60,000 nt of DNA from Malacoraja senta (Eukaryota). The position numbers and the translations under genes were made by a program. Where the stretch lies: contig CM075998.1 in the NCBI GenBank assembly GCA_038087875.1, forward strand, positions 1,056,001-1,116,000, read 5' to 3'. This document shows, piece by piece, positions 24,080 through 37,411 of this stretch. Under the pieces are notes generated by a model. The model worked only from the letters and a program-made list of their open reading frames with translations. It did no database searches and was not told the origin of the DNA. The number at the start of each line of letters is the position of its first letter. Position 1 is the first letter of the stretch.

Positions 24080-24435
24080 TTTTTAAATATATTTTTTTAT
24101 TTTTATTTATTAGAAGTACATTACATTACAACCAATTACACTAGTACTCATCACATATATCTCATTACAATTAATGTACTCCATTTATTTTCTACACTAA
24201 TAAAGGGAAAGGATGAGATTGAGAGAAAGAAGAAAGTGAAGGAAAAAAGTGAAAGTGTAAAAAACGTGACAACAAAAAAACAAAAACAAAAGACAAAGAC
24301 CCGATAAGAAATAAATTAAAAACAAAAGGAAAGAGTTAAGAAATAGACCCTAAAAAAGAAGAAAAAAAAGAAAGAGGGAAAAGAGAAAAACAAATACTTT
24401 TTTGTAAGCATCACGCAAATGGGACATACCAACTC
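24080..24435 (-). mobile_element. L1/Tx1-type 3' UTR fragment with A-rich tail
   Basis: 10-bp TSD TTTGCATGCT (24070-79 / 24436-45); minus-strand AATAAA plus A-rich tail. Confidence 0.6.
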
Positions 24436-25752
24436 TTTGCATGCTGTGTGACTCTGTAACAGTTTCACCTATTAAGGGCATCGAGAGTTGTGGATCGTGC
24501 AGGAAAATGTCATGGGGTTGAAGATCAGCTATGATGACAGGCTAGGGGGAAGTGTAAAGAAGGAAAGTTGAGACACAAGAAACTGTAGATGCTGGAATTT
24601 TGAGCAAAACACAAAGGACACAGCGAGTCACTCACCGACTCAGAGGGAATGGGCAGCTAAAATACTTCATTTGTTTCCTGGAACAATCTCACATCAGGAA
24701 CGCAGAAAGACTATTAAAATTGTTGGGGAAATGGGATGTTTAGGAGCCAGGTTAAACTTCATGGGCTGAGGAAACATGGCAATTAGGATCCTTCGAATTC
24801 CAAGGAGAAGCTACGAGGAATTTGTCTACTTGGAGCAGGAGCCAGTTATACATGCTACACAAGTTGTGGGCAACTTTATATGGCTTCATTGGTCGTGCAA
24901 ATCTGCACAGTGCCCCGCACAAGCATAAGCATGTCACAGCGCTGCAGGGTGTGATGCTGGTGGTGAAATAAGCTCCTGGCTTTCCATTATTCTTGTAAAC
25001 CTATCCCCTGTAAATCAGAGACCAGCAGATCTGAGCAGCCTGCAGCCCTCACACATCACCAGAGAATTCACTTGAGTGACAGTCTCAACAAATACATTTG
25101 CGATATGGTTACAGGAAAAGTCACTACACCGCAGAAAAGGCGGTGTGGGAGCCTTGACAACATACCAGTTATAAAGTGAGGGCAGGTCCCTCCAAACCCT
25201 GCAATCGGGGACACAAGAATTTAGCCCGTATAAAACAAACAAAAATAGAGCAGGAAAGCGAATCAATTATCAATTTTCATTGCCTTGTGAAAACCTGCAA
25301 AGCAACTCACGACATGCTTTGCATTGTGGTGATATGTCAGATCGTGCTGGCACTCCAATCCCCTAACAGATGACAAAAAAGCATTTGGAGCAAGACCAGA
25401 ACCTGGACTTAAAATGGAAATATTCCAGAACACAAAATTAATGTTGCTCTTCAGAGTCTCTCCAATTGGCAAGGAAGAAAAAGTAATGGTCATTGTTAAT
25501 CTACAATGCAGCTGTTCTGACCGTCAGTGACACTGTCAGCACAAGATCTTTTCACTCAGTGCCACAATGCTCAAAACAAGAAGAAACAAGAAGAAAGAGG
25601 GAGGAGTAGGTTACACATTTCCCAGACTGCAGCCAGCCCTCTCATCATAGGAGAGAATCAGAGGAAATATCCAGGGAGGAGGTGGCCACTCTGTCCGTCA
25701 GGTCCATGTTGGGAGCAAAATAAATCACACTTTAATTCTACCTTCCCCCAAT

Positions 25753-26073
25753 GGACGGCACGGTGACGCAGCTGGTGGAGTTGCTGCTTCACAGCGTCAG
25801 AGACCCGGGTACAATCCTGACATCGGGTGCTGTCTGTGTGGAGCGTGCACATTCGCCTTGTGACCGTGTGGGTTTACTCTGGGTGCTCCAGTTTCATCCC
25901 ACATCCCAAAGACGTTCAATTGGTTAATTGGCCTCTGTAAATTGCCCCCTAGTGTGTAGAGTGTAGATTAGAAAGTGGGATAACATGGAACTAGCGTGAA
26001 CGGGTAATTGATGGTTGGTGTGCACTCGATGGGTCGAAGAGCCTTCCACATCGTATCTCTAAATTGAACTAAA
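25753..26073 (+). mobile_element. tRNA-derived V-SINE (HE1-like elasmobranch SINE)
   Basis: A-box-like TGACGCAGCTGG, B-box-like GGTACAATCC, V-domain CTGTGTGGAG..TGCAC...GGGTGCTCCAGTTTCATCCCACATCCCAAAGAC, CR1-like tail. Confidence 0.85.
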
Positions 26074-26289
26074 TGGGTCTCTAATGCTGCCGGTCACAGC
26101 TCTTCTAGTCCTATTTTGAAGAGGAGGGGAGGGCAGGTGGTAAAGAATGTTAATTGACATTGATAATGGCAACTTATTTTGTTGGACTGAGTGGAGACAG
26201 TGTGTCATGGAAATAACTCTTCAGGATACAAACATTTTCTTGCTACCTTCATTTTATGAATTAGATCCCACTAGAGTTCTAAAGGCGGC

Positions 26290-26475
26290 ACAAGGAACTG
26301 CAGATGCTGGAATCTTGAGGAAAAAAAAGTGCTGGAGTAACTCAGCGGGTCAGGCAGCATCTGTGGGAGAAATGGGCAGACAATGTTTCGAGTCTGAAGA
26401 ATGGTCATAAGCTTGAAACATAGTCCGTCCATTCCCTCCACAGATGCTGCCTGTTTCTCCAGCCACGTGTTTTTT
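26290..26475. mobile_element. Palindromic Penelope-derived repeat
   Basis: CAGGCAGCATCTGTGG...CCACAGATGCTGCCTG inverted arms around a central CTGAAGA...GAAAC. Confidence 0.7.
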
Positions 26476-26783
26476 TAGCTCAGTTCTAAAGCGTTGCCAT
26501 TAGGAGTATGTAATATGTATCTAGCAACCTGGCATATACAATCAAAGGGAAACGTTTTCTTCCAAATGCCCCAAGCTTCTTCACTATAATTCCCAACGCA
26601 TCTTAGAAAATCCAAGTGCATTTTTCCAATTAAATTGAATTTTTATACACATTATTCCACCAATGCAGAATTCATCAGAAATCTAAACTATCAAAAAGAA
26701 ATTGACAATCAGAGATATTCTTATAGATATTCCCCAGGATCTGAGCTAGAGGTCCAAACCTCCCCAGCACAGCTATTACTCAC

Positions 26784-26890
26784 CAGAATGGGTAAATGCC
26801 AAGCCTACTGCTGACGAAGACAAAACCAAACATCACAAATAATGAGTCGCAAAGTCTTTGATACTTGGCGTAATTGGCTAATTTAGCAGC
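26784..26890 (-). CDS. CERS5: CERS5 exon 8 equivalent (107 bp)
   Basis: AAKLANYAKYQRLCDSLFVMFGFVFVSSRLGIYPFW (CERS5-type rather than CERS6-type); CAG acceptor and GTGAG donor. Confidence 0.95.
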
Positions 26891-27779
26891 CTGGAAGGCA
26901 AAACAGAGAAAGAGCTCATTAGTGCACTGTGTCGCAGAGTTGATGGGGCAGGAGATTAAAGCAAGGCCATCTGAGAAAACTGTCACCAAATGGAAAAAGA
27001 TAACTAGTCCCTCTGTCCCTTGGATAGCGTCATTCTCAGTACACTCAAGATTAATTTGGAACATTTGAGATTTGGGCAGCTCTGCTCCAACCCTCGGTGC
27101 TCTTACTTCAGTCCAGCTTTGACTCAACCTGAAAAGGTCATTATCAACCTCCGCTTCATGCACTGTCTGTTGAGTAAATGGGCAAATTGTGGCGAGTACA
27201 GACAATTAATACGAGCAATACATCACTGGGCTGCTTGGAGGGTGCTATGAACAAGAGAGGAGCAAAATGCTTTGATAGTTTTGTGAGCCTCATTACTCCT
27301 CAACCACAATCGAGACAACCACTAAACAATTTCAGCTGAGAAATTTCCAACATTGTGTGCATCTGCAAGAGTGATCACACACACAATTTTCCAAATACTT
27401 TCCAGCGCTGGGAAAGAAAAGGATTCCACAAAATTAATCCAGAAATGTTTACAGATGGAATACAAGCGGTCACTTGACTGGCAAACACCATCCTGTTTGG
27501 CTTCACAGAAGATCATGCTTCAGGCACAGATCCCATCGCTCCTGCTAGATGCAAGAGTGTAACAGGGCATCCCGTCTGACCTCTGCTTCAAACTCCACAC
27601 CTGCAGCCTGCTCCCTCATGTGTCTCCCATCCCACAAGCTGTCTAAGACATCTCATTCCTTCTGCCACTGAAGTGGGGTTTTTTTGTTTAAAAAAAAAAA
27701 ACCCATCTGCGAACAGCCTCCTCGGCTACATCTAAAACAGATTTCAACTCATTCAGAAACCCAAGGTCGCAGAGCATAA

Positions 27780-28985
27780 GTCAAGTCGTCACATTTATTT
27801 ATATAGCACATTTAAAAAACAACTCTCGTTGGCCAAAGTGCTTTACATTTGTTATAAGAATAATATAAACAAACAAACTACATACATATATACATATAGC
27901 CCTCGCTCAGAGGATGTCAAGAAAGGCTTGGGAGTATAGATAAGTTTTTAGTCATGACTTAAAGGAGTCGATGGAGGAGGCAGTTCGGATGGGAAGGGGG
28001 ATGCTGTTCCACAGTCTAGGAGCTGCAACTGCAAAGGCGCAGTCGCCCCTGAGCTTATGCCTAGACCGCGGGATATTCAGCAACCCCAAGTCGGCCGATC
28101 TGAGGGACCTGGAGGTGGAGTGGTGGATGAGAAGACTTTTAATGTAGGTGGGGGCAAGCCCATTGAGGGCTTTGTAGACATAGAGGAGGATCTTGAAATG
28201 TATACAGAATCGCACAGGGAGCCAGTGGAGAGGAGCCAGGATCGGGGTGATGTGGTCCCTTTTTCGGGTGCCCGTCAGGAGTCTCGCTGTGGCGTTTTGG
28301 ACCAGTTGCAGGCGGGACAGGGAAGATTGGCTGATGCCAGTGTAAAGGGAGTTGCAGTAATCTAGGCGGGGAGGAGATAAATGTGTGGATGATCTTTTCG
28401 AGGTCACAAAGTGGAGGAATTGTTTTATTTTAGCTATCGTCCGAAGCTGAAAGAAGCTAGGTTTTACCACGGCATTGACTTGTTTGTCAAATTTCAGTGC
28501 TGAGTTAAATATCACGCCAAGGTTTTTGACGTGAGGTTTGAGTAGTGGGGTAAGGCTTCCAAGGCTGTCTGCTATCATTTTGATTGAGTCCGAGGGGCCG
28601 AGAAGGATGACCTCAGACTTACTCTCGTTTAGTTGGAGGAAGTTCTGGGCCATCCAACATTTTATATCCTCGAGGCAGCGGGTAAGGTTAAGCAGATTTG
28701 ATTGGTTTTGGGGCTTCAGGGGGAGATAGAGTTGTGTATCGTCTGCGTAGCAATGGAAGGAAATTCCGTGCCTTTCAATGACTTGGCCTAAGGGGAGCAT
28801 ATACAGGGAGAAGAGAATGGGGCCAAGGATGGAACCTAGTGGAACCCCACAGCAGAGATTAGCTGGGGAGGAGAAAGAGTTGCCTATGTTAGTCGAGAAA
28901 CTCCTACCTTTGAGGTAGGAGATGAACCAGCTCAGGGCAGTGCCATCAATAGCAACCCCGTACCGGAGACGGTCAATTAGGATGA
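27780..28985 (-). mobile_element. L2 LINE, 5'-truncated RT fragment
   Basis: GVPLGSILGP...HCYADDTQLY...QLNESKSE...RLDYCNSL...HITPILAPLHWLPV...AFAVAAPRLWN; AATAAA and short-repeat tail near 27790. Confidence 0.92.
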
Positions 28986-29384
28986 TACAAACACATCATG
29001 AAAAGCATCCGATCGGGATGCATCACGGCTTGTTATGGGCATGTTAAAGCACACATCATTCGCTGACGTTTTCGCCAAACACCATGGTTTCCAGGTCCCA
29101 GGCAATCAGCAACATAATCATTCCACTTCAGAGGCCTGAACAATCGCTTTCCAGCCCTGCAGCATTCATCTAACCAGACACTTTCACCCAACCTTCAGAC
29201 TTTGTTCACTGCACACCGGACATGCACACTTGTCCCTTCACGGTCACATACCTTCACCTCAAATTCAATTCGGTGCCAAGTCCTAAGCTTTCTGCCCCCA
29301 CCCCATTTTGAGAGCTTCAAGTTCCTAGGTATAACTGTCACCAGCAATTTCAACACCACGATCAAGAAAGCACATCAATAAAAA

Positions 29385-29595
29385 AAAGACAAAGTGTTGA
29401 AGTAACTCAGCGGGTCAGGCAGCATCTCTGGAGAACATGGATAGGTGATGTTTCGGGTCAAGACTCTTCTGAAGTCTGAAGAATGGTCCCGACCTGAAAT
29501 GGCACCCATGTTCTCCAGAGAAACTGCCTGACCTGCTGAGTTATACCAGCACCGTGTCATTTTTGTAAACCAACATCTGCAGTTCCTTGTTTCTC
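29385..29595. mobile_element. Palindromic Penelope-derived repeat inserted in a decayed Rex1 fragment
   Basis: TAACTCAGCGGGTCAGGCAG..CTCTGGAGAACATGG and CCATGTTCTCCAGAG..CTGCCTGACCTGCTGAGTTA inverted arms; CTGAAGA-GGTCCCGACC-GAAA core at 29476-29499. Confidence 0.75.
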
Positions 29596-30949
29596 CAAGC
29601 ACACCAATACATTTACTTCCTCTGAAGAAAATTTGGCATGTATCCAATGACTCTTACCAATTTCTACAAACACATCGTGAAAAGCATCCGATCAGGATGC
29701 ATCACGGCTTGTTATGGGCAACTGCTCTACACTCAAGACTGGAAGAAATGGCAGAGTTCTCACACAGCCCAATTCATTATGCAAATCAACCTGTCCCACC
29801 CAAATCGATACCATCCACACTTAACTCAGGAAAGTAACCAACATAATCAGGACCACTCACACTCTGGTCATTTTCTTTGTGTGGCTTTGGGCTTTGCAAG
29901 ATCCTGTGGGATATTGTTAACTTCCATGTATGTTATGGTAAGTTAGGCGAGGAGAAAAAAAAATGGTTGTGCACTCCTTTTATTTAAAGCACTCATCCTG
30001 GCATAGATTGGGAATTTTAACCTCTCGCACAATTGCAATTCTGGATCAGAAAGCTGAAAGCACTGCATTTGTGAGTTTTGGGCAGTCAGAGGGCACAAAG
30101 GTCATTGGGAGCTCGGATGTCATGGCCCTAAGATGCCGTGCCGAATGGCATTAGTGATGCCAGTCAGAAGATTGGAAATAATGTTCTTCTTGGAGCAAAG
30201 AGGATTGAGAGGAGGTTTAAGAGAAATGTGCATGATATCACAACAGATTGAGATTGGGGGGGGGGGGAGAGATAGTTGTTCCCATTAGTGGGCAGTTTGA
30301 GGACTAGGGGCACAGCTTTAAAGGGGGACGCAAGGAAATCGGCAGTGATGATCTGGAGCTCACTGACTGTATGGGTGGGAAACAGAGTCAATCAGGGCTA
30401 TCAAAATTAGTTTGGCTCATGAGATAGAATAACTTAGATTTATGGGGAAAGTGCAAGGAAAAAGATCTGGCAGGATTGCTGCAGTCAGCATGGGCTCGGA
30501 AGGGCCAAATGGCCTTCCTCTGTTCCATAATGGGTGTTCAATTCCAAGCCACATCAGAATAAGACATGGAGCAACAGCCCAGCTTGGAGCAGCTTCTGCC
30601 TTGGGTTTAGCGAGGTTGGGTTAGTGACGTATCTCATGGGTTGAAGTTTTAGGAGGACAAAGTCCACACAAAATTTCAAATAGCAAAGTTAAATTGATGC
30701 TGGCAAGTACAAGCCTGAGAAATGAAACATTGGCTGGGTGGAAACCTTTGATGAAATTCTGCAGAAAACAAAAGGACCAAACTTCAGTTTCCTTTCGAAT
30801 CTGAGATGTTCATTTTGAGGAATATTTAATAAACACTTTTTGTCATCCAAATACGAGCAAATCACGTTTAGGTGGGGGGCCTTGAGTGTGGCGGGTAATG
30901 TTTCTAAACAATTGCAGGCTCACAAAATTCAAATGTAAAGTCAGTCATA

Positions 30950-31891
30950 CAGTGCCCTCCATAATGTTTGGGACAAAGACCCATCATATATTTATTTGCC
31001 TCTGCACTCCACAATTTGAGATTTGTTATAGAAAAAAAATCACATGTGGTTAAAGTGCACATTGTCAGAATTTATTAAAGGGTATATTATACATTTTGGT
31101 TTCACCATGTAGAAATTACAGCTGTGTTTATACATAGTGGTGGTGGGGGTGTTATGGCCTGGGCATGTACGGCTGCTGAAGGTACTGGCTCACTTATCTT
31201 CATTGATGATACAACTGCTGATGGTAGTAGCATAATGAATTCTGAAGTGTATAGACACATCCTATCTGCTCAAGTTCAAATAAATGCCTCAAAACTCATT
31301 GGCCAGCGGTCCATTCTACAGCAAGACAATGATCCCAAACATACTGCTAAAGCAACAAAGGAGTTTTTCAAAGCTAAAAAAGGTAAATTCCTGAGTGGCC
31401 AAGTCAATCACCTGATCTGAACCCAATTGAGCATGCCTTTTATATGCTGAAGAGAAAACTGAAGGGTGCTAGCCCCCAAAACAAGCACAAGCTAAAGATG
31501 GCTGCAATACAGGCCTGGCAGCGCATCACCAGAGAAGACACCCAGCAACTGGTGATGTCCATGAATTGCAGACTTCAAGCAGTCATTGCATGCAAAGGAT
31601 ATGCAACAAAATACTAAACATGACTACTTTCATTTACATGACATTGCTGTGTCCCAAACATTATGGTGCCCTGAAATGGGGGGGGGGGGGGGGGGGAGAC
31701 TGGGGGACTATGTATAAACACAGCTGTAATTTCTACATGGTGAAACCAAAATGTATAAAAATGGCTTTAAAATCTGACAATGTGCACTTTAACCACATGT
31801 GATTTTTTTCTATTACAAATCTCAAATTGTGGAGTACAGAGACAAATAAATGAATGATGGGTCTTTGTCCCAAACATTATGGAGGGCACTG
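30950..31891 (+). mobile_element. Internally deleted Tc1/mariner (IR/DR type) transposon
   Basis: TA|CAGTGCCCTCCATAATGTTTGGGACAAAGACCCATCAT and the matching inverted end; TIRs of ~190 bp or more; inner DR TGTCCCAAACATTATGG at ~31650; transposase remnant GGGVMAWAC...QQDNDPKH...SPDLNPIEH...RLQAVIACKGYATKY. Confidence 0.95.
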
Positions 31892-32139
31892 TGACCATTA
31901 TCTGAACTAGGTTATCAGACTGAAGTTTTAGACTTATTCCCAGATGGGATTTTTTCCCAGCCTTCTTATCACAGTTTTCACTTTCTGTGGGGGCTTTATT
32001 TGTAATTTTGTACTGTGCTGGTGACAGACGTCAACAGCCAAATGTCACTGTCTGATTGGGACTGAGAACCAATCTCTGCAGAGAATCGCAGATCCCTTGC
32101 AGGCAGGTATATCTGCAGCATTTAACAAAATATTCTCAC

Positions 32140-32268
32140 CTCTAAAAGGAAATCAGATGCGTCGTGAAGGCACATGACGAGTGTTCCAACCCGCACCATG
32201 TTGTTGACATAAGAAAATGTGATCAATCCGACCGTTGCAAGGTGATGAAGAAACATAATGAGGAAATC
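32140..32268 (-). CDS. CERS5: CERS5 exon 7 equivalent (129 bp, Lag1p motif)
   Basis: [43 protein letters not shown] with the conserved HH and HD residues; CAG acceptor and GTGAG donor. Confidence 0.96.
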
Positions 32269-33229
32269 CTGCAAGAGAACAATAGGGCAGAGGTCAGTCG
32301 ATTATTAACACAAACTACACGTTGCGAATAGGATGGAGCTACAGCTGGGGTCTCCTCTTCCTCCTACTGCAGTTACCAGGTTTCCACGCATCAACACACC
32401 AGTTTTTGGAGAGGGGATGGGAGAAGGAATCTGCGATATCTCAAATCTCACAAACTTTGACTGGGAGAAGCACTGTAACTCTAATGCAAACCGTAGGGAC
32501 TGGAAAGGATTGAAGAACAAGCCGAAGAACTTGTAGTAAGAGCATGCAAAATATCTGCTGTGCTCATCGCCGTGAAATATTCAACTGAACAAGAGCAACT
32601 TTTTCAGAATACCAAAGATGCTGCAGATGCTGAAAATCTGAAAGCAACACAGGAAATGCTACATATGTTCAGCATGTCAGGCAGCATCTGTGGAGGGAGA
32701 GAAAGAGAGTTTGTTTCAGGTTTAGGATGCAGAGAAATGGAAAACGAAAAGAGAGAACAAATGCAAAGGCATGAGGGATTAAACAACAAACGATGGTGCA
32801 AGGTGGAGGAGGTGGTGATTATAGGGAGCATAATGCCCGTCAGTGCAGAATGCTTATATATGTAAAAATACCAGAAGTGCAGAGTGAAGGCTGGATATCT
32901 GCAATGAAGTGCCACGCGTACCGATTATCTGCAACTCTAAGAAATTCTATTGTTGCTATTGTATAAAATCTCACCACAAAATTAACCTCTCACGTTAATA
33001 TCATCATCGTTATTTTTTCACCAACCTCCTGGCTTTTGACCCTGAGTGAAAGGAAGCAAAATGGAAAAAAAAATCTTCCCAAACACTCAAAGACAAACGC
33101 AAAGAATCTCAGGTATCGTCTGCGAAGCCAGATAGGCTGAAAGTCCCTTACTGTGTAAAATCACTTGACCAACTGCAATGCTCAATCTCTATCCCTACAG
33201 ATTCCGTGTCTCAAGAATTGACCCCAATT

Positions 33230-33478
33230 GAAAAGTACAGCATGGTAACAGGCTATTTGGCCCACCAGGATCGTTCCGACCATCGATCACCTGTTCACAC
33301 TGGTTCTACGTAATCCTACTTTCCCATTCACTCCCTACCCACAGGGGGCAATTTACAGAGGGCAATTAACATACAAACCTGCATGTTAGAATGCGGGAGG
33401 AAATCGGAGCACCCGGAGGAAACACACGCAATCACAGAGAGAACGTGCAAACTCCACAGAGACAGCCCTCGAGTTCAG
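33230..33478 (-). mobile_element. V-SINE copy running into the assembly gap
   Basis: Reverse-complement similarity to 25753-26073 (GGAAATCGGAGCACCCGGAGGAAAC...GTGCAAACTCCACA). Confidence 0.8.
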
Positions 33479-33678
33479 NNNNNNNNNNNNNNNNNNNNNN
33501 NNNNNNNNNNNNNNNNNNNNNNNNNNNNNNNNNNNNNNNNNNNNNNNNNNNNNNNNNNNNNNNNNNNNNNNNNNNNNNNNNNNNNNNNNNNNNNNNNNNN
33601 NNNNNNNNNNNNNNNNNNNNNNNNNNNNNNNNNNNNNNNNNNNNNNNNNNNNNNNNNNNNNNNNNNNNNNNNNNNNNN
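33479..33678. other. Assembly gap (200 N)
   Basis: Run of N. Confidence 1.
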
Positions 33679-36370
33679 CTAATGCAGCTCCCTATTGCAA
33701 AAGAAAGTGCCTTCCCTTGGTCAGCAACTTTAGAAAAATAATACAAATGCGCTGCAAGTTCTTAACGTTCAAGGAGTTGAGACAGCAGTTCAAATCAAGT
33801 TCAGCTTCTAAAGAGAGTACAGAGAAAACTGGAAAATGCAGCAAGTGAGACCCATGTGATTAGAATTAAAGAGGAAGCTAATTAAGCAGAAAACTAAAGA
33901 GGCAAGGGACAAACAAAATGCTGGACAAACTCTATGCCCAGTGCGAGGCAAGTGCAAACAGTCCTAGCTACAAGTAGCACACAGACAGCAATGTTGAAAC
34001 TGGTGATGACAAAGAGCAAGTCAAGAGGGAGCCATTTAGAACAGCAGATGAATGAATCAGTCAGCACAATAGCCCAGACAAATGATACACAAGGGTAAGA
34101 AGGAAAATGTGACAAGCGAGCACGATGGAAAATAGGATCTTCTTTCCAGTAAAAAGAGCTTGATAGGGACAAGAAGACAGATGGAATTTTCTAATGCAAA
34201 GTTATCCACACACGCATGATCAAGTCAGGCAACAAGTTTTGGTCTCTATCAAGAACACATCCCTCAAACACATGGGATTGGCAGCACTCAGCTTGCATGT
34301 TTTAAAAGCCACTTCTTAAAGCAAAATTAATGAAAATATTAATTCTGCACAGGTTGACTTTTATAATCAAGATGGAGTTTTATTGGAATGAAACATTTAA
34401 AATAAATCCAAGTAAGACCTTCAGCCCCCAGTTTAGACTTAAAAATTAAACCCCTGTCAGTGAAGTGTTTTTTTTTTAAATGCACATAACCAATTTGGTC
34501 AAAACCCCTCAATTTTTCCTCAATACAAAAAACACAATCATTTTCTTCTCTTTGCCCCCCACCCCCCCCCCCACCCCCCCCCCAGCATTCTCTGCATTTT
34601 GCACCTTCCGCAGCCAGGAGGATTGCTGGTCTGTTTTTTATCTGAACCTGTTAAAACCCAGAAGGAAGAGAATGAAATGATTCTGTCATCTATTTATCCA
34701 TCCATTCCTGGACAGAATAGTTTTGAGGAAAGAGGAATGGAAAGAAAAAAACAACAATAGTTCTTCGTCCTTCCTGTCAGTAAATACCAAGCATCCACCC
34801 AAAATCTCCTCATAGTAGCACAGGTAAAACTAAGAATGTGTATACACATTGAAAGTCTGTGGCACAGAGCGTTGGAGAGTCCAGCTGCTGTACGACCAGA
34901 TGTTTGGGGATAACTTCCACTAGTTCAACTGTCACTGGTGGGAAATCAGCTGATCCTGTAACAATGTGCCACATCCACAATAAGCTGTGGAGTTAAACCT
35001 GAAAGCAGAGCAGGGCACATTCAGGAAGAAAAGGAGATGGAGTTAATTAAAAAAGGCCCACCAGTATGGGAGGAGTGCAATACCATATCACCAACAGGTT
35101 TACATTTCTTCAGCAGATTCATAAAACTCAAAGAAGGATTTTAAATTTATTTTTAAGTCCAAAGAGTAACTTTGAAACACTTCTATGTTTTTAATTGTGT
35201 CACTACATTTAAATTAAAAAATATTAACTGATGCCATCAGTTGATACAATGTTCTAGACAATAGGAAAGTTTGGATGCCCCAAGTTCTCTGCTTAGATTT
35301 TGGCAAGAACTGGCAAGGATTTAAATATTAAATGTCACAATCATACTTTCTAGAAAAGGGACAACCGAATCGGAATTAAACTCAGTCAGAGAGGTCATGC
35401 TTGTGACCATTTCTGAGCTGAGACCAGCTTGCAAACAGTCTTTAATTTAAAAGCCAGGGTAATTAATTTATCAGATATTGCGTTCTTATGACAGGCAGCT
35501 GAGTGGCCACAAGACACTATCCAAATGAAAGATGATAGATTTTTACATTAAGCAGGAGATAAACCATCTGTTAACCACTTTAGATTAAAACCTACCCTCA
35601 CTGGAGTGTGATCTGTACCAATTCATTGCAGAGTATTTGTGTCTGTCGCTATTATATAACTAGGAAGGAAAATTGCTCACAGCTTCTATTTACCACATTA
35701 ATTTTTACTCACCACCTGCAAGTAACATGCAACACCTTCCCACATTATCAACTGTACATCGCATCTCATCGGTATCTCTTTTTGGCCAGGATCTTTTAAA
35801 GAATTAACAGTTGCTCCTGTTCCAATGTCATCTGCAAATGTCACCATTCATTTGGGGACACTATGAAAATTACTGACAACATACCAACTAGAAATGGTCC
35901 CAGAACGGCAGCAGTCGGACATGGTGACACATTTGCAATTAGTCAGGAAAAATGTATCTATTCTCCTTTAAGAACATTTGTAAAAAGAAAAATCAGTTTG
36001 CAATCTTTCAAATTATCCTTACTCTTCTACAGTAATCTCCCAAGTCGTAGCTTGTAAAAAGGTGTTCCTAAAGTTCAAGAATATCAGATAGACTGCATGC
36101 CTGTTAGTTCCTTAACAAATTCAAGGGCTTCACAAGACTGGAAGCCAGGCCATCTGGCCTGACCAGCCCATGCGTTTATGCTTCACTTAAGCCAGCTTCC
36201 TATCTTCCCCAGTCAATTCCAACAACACGTGCCTCCATTCCTTTCTCCCTCATCAACATCTCCTGCCTCCTCCCAAATGAATCGATACTATTCAACTCAA
36301 CCACTTCTTCCTGGAGCAAGTTCCACATTCTCACTACTTTGGGGATAGTGAAGGTTCATCAGAATTTCCC

Positions 36371-36720
36371 ATAGAGCCATCCAGTATGGAAAGACGCCCT
36401 TCAGCCCAACTTGGCCATGCCGATTAAGATGTTCCATCTACGCTGATCCCACCTGCCCCCATTTGGACCAATTCCCTCTAAACCTTTCCTTTCCATGTAC
36501 CTGTCCAAATGTATTTTAAATGTTATGGTACCTGTCTCAACTACCTCCTCTGACAGCTTGTTCCATATACCCACATACTGTGAAAAAGTTCCCCTCAGTT
36601 TCCTATTAAATCTTTCCCCTCTCACCTTAAACCTATGTCCTCAGGTTATTCCCATACACTGGTTAAAAGATTCAGTGCATTCACTCTATCTATCCCCCTC
36701 GTGATTTTATGCACTCACAT
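36371..36720 (-). mobile_element. CR1 LINE 3' fragment
   Basis: RGERFNRKLRGTF...WNKLSEEVVETGTI remnant and CR1 tail. Confidence 0.8.
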
Positions 36721-37411
36721 TAGATTTCTTGACTTTTCTTGGATTTTTCTTATAACAATAGTATTTCTTCCCCACAGGCAAAACATTCTCTCTGCATCCA
36801 CTTTCAAAATCCTTCACGATTAAAAAAAAAACTATTAGGTCAATTCAGTGAGGTCCGTCGAATGGCAATTAATTAGACGGAAGGATCAATCCTGGGGCCA
36901 ACCTGTTCTGCGAGACTAACTGAATCAGTGGAGCAACTCACTGATTCATCAGGAGGCGCGTTGGCAACTTTAACTGAGGAATGGAATTTCAAATGATTTA
37001 AACCGCAACTGAATACCACAGAACTTAACTCATTCATGGTACTTTTCCCCTTCCCTTCTGAGAGAATTCCAACACCAACCCTTCTCAGTGAATTCAATGT
37101 GTGAATATTGTAGTCTGCCAACTAAATTCAGAAACAAATACTGACAAGATGTTCATCCAGCCATGAATTACCCGACTATGATTGTGATTTTATTCCAAAC
37201 TACAATTAAATTGAGGAAAAGACTCAAAGGTTTTAGAAGACATCCTTGAGAAAAGGTGAAACATGCTCATTGACTCTTATGGATCTTGGACCCACGACCA
37301 CTTCATGGGGAAAAGGAACATCCAGGATGGTATTGAGAACAGAGCCCATGCATTGGGAATAAATGCTTTGCTTACGAGTCATTAAGACAGACACAAATAG
37401 GTATGGCCTAG

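Noticed and set aside
25753..25830. tRNA-like sequence
   Set aside because: It is the head of a V-SINE, with a degenerate B box and no complete cloverleaf.
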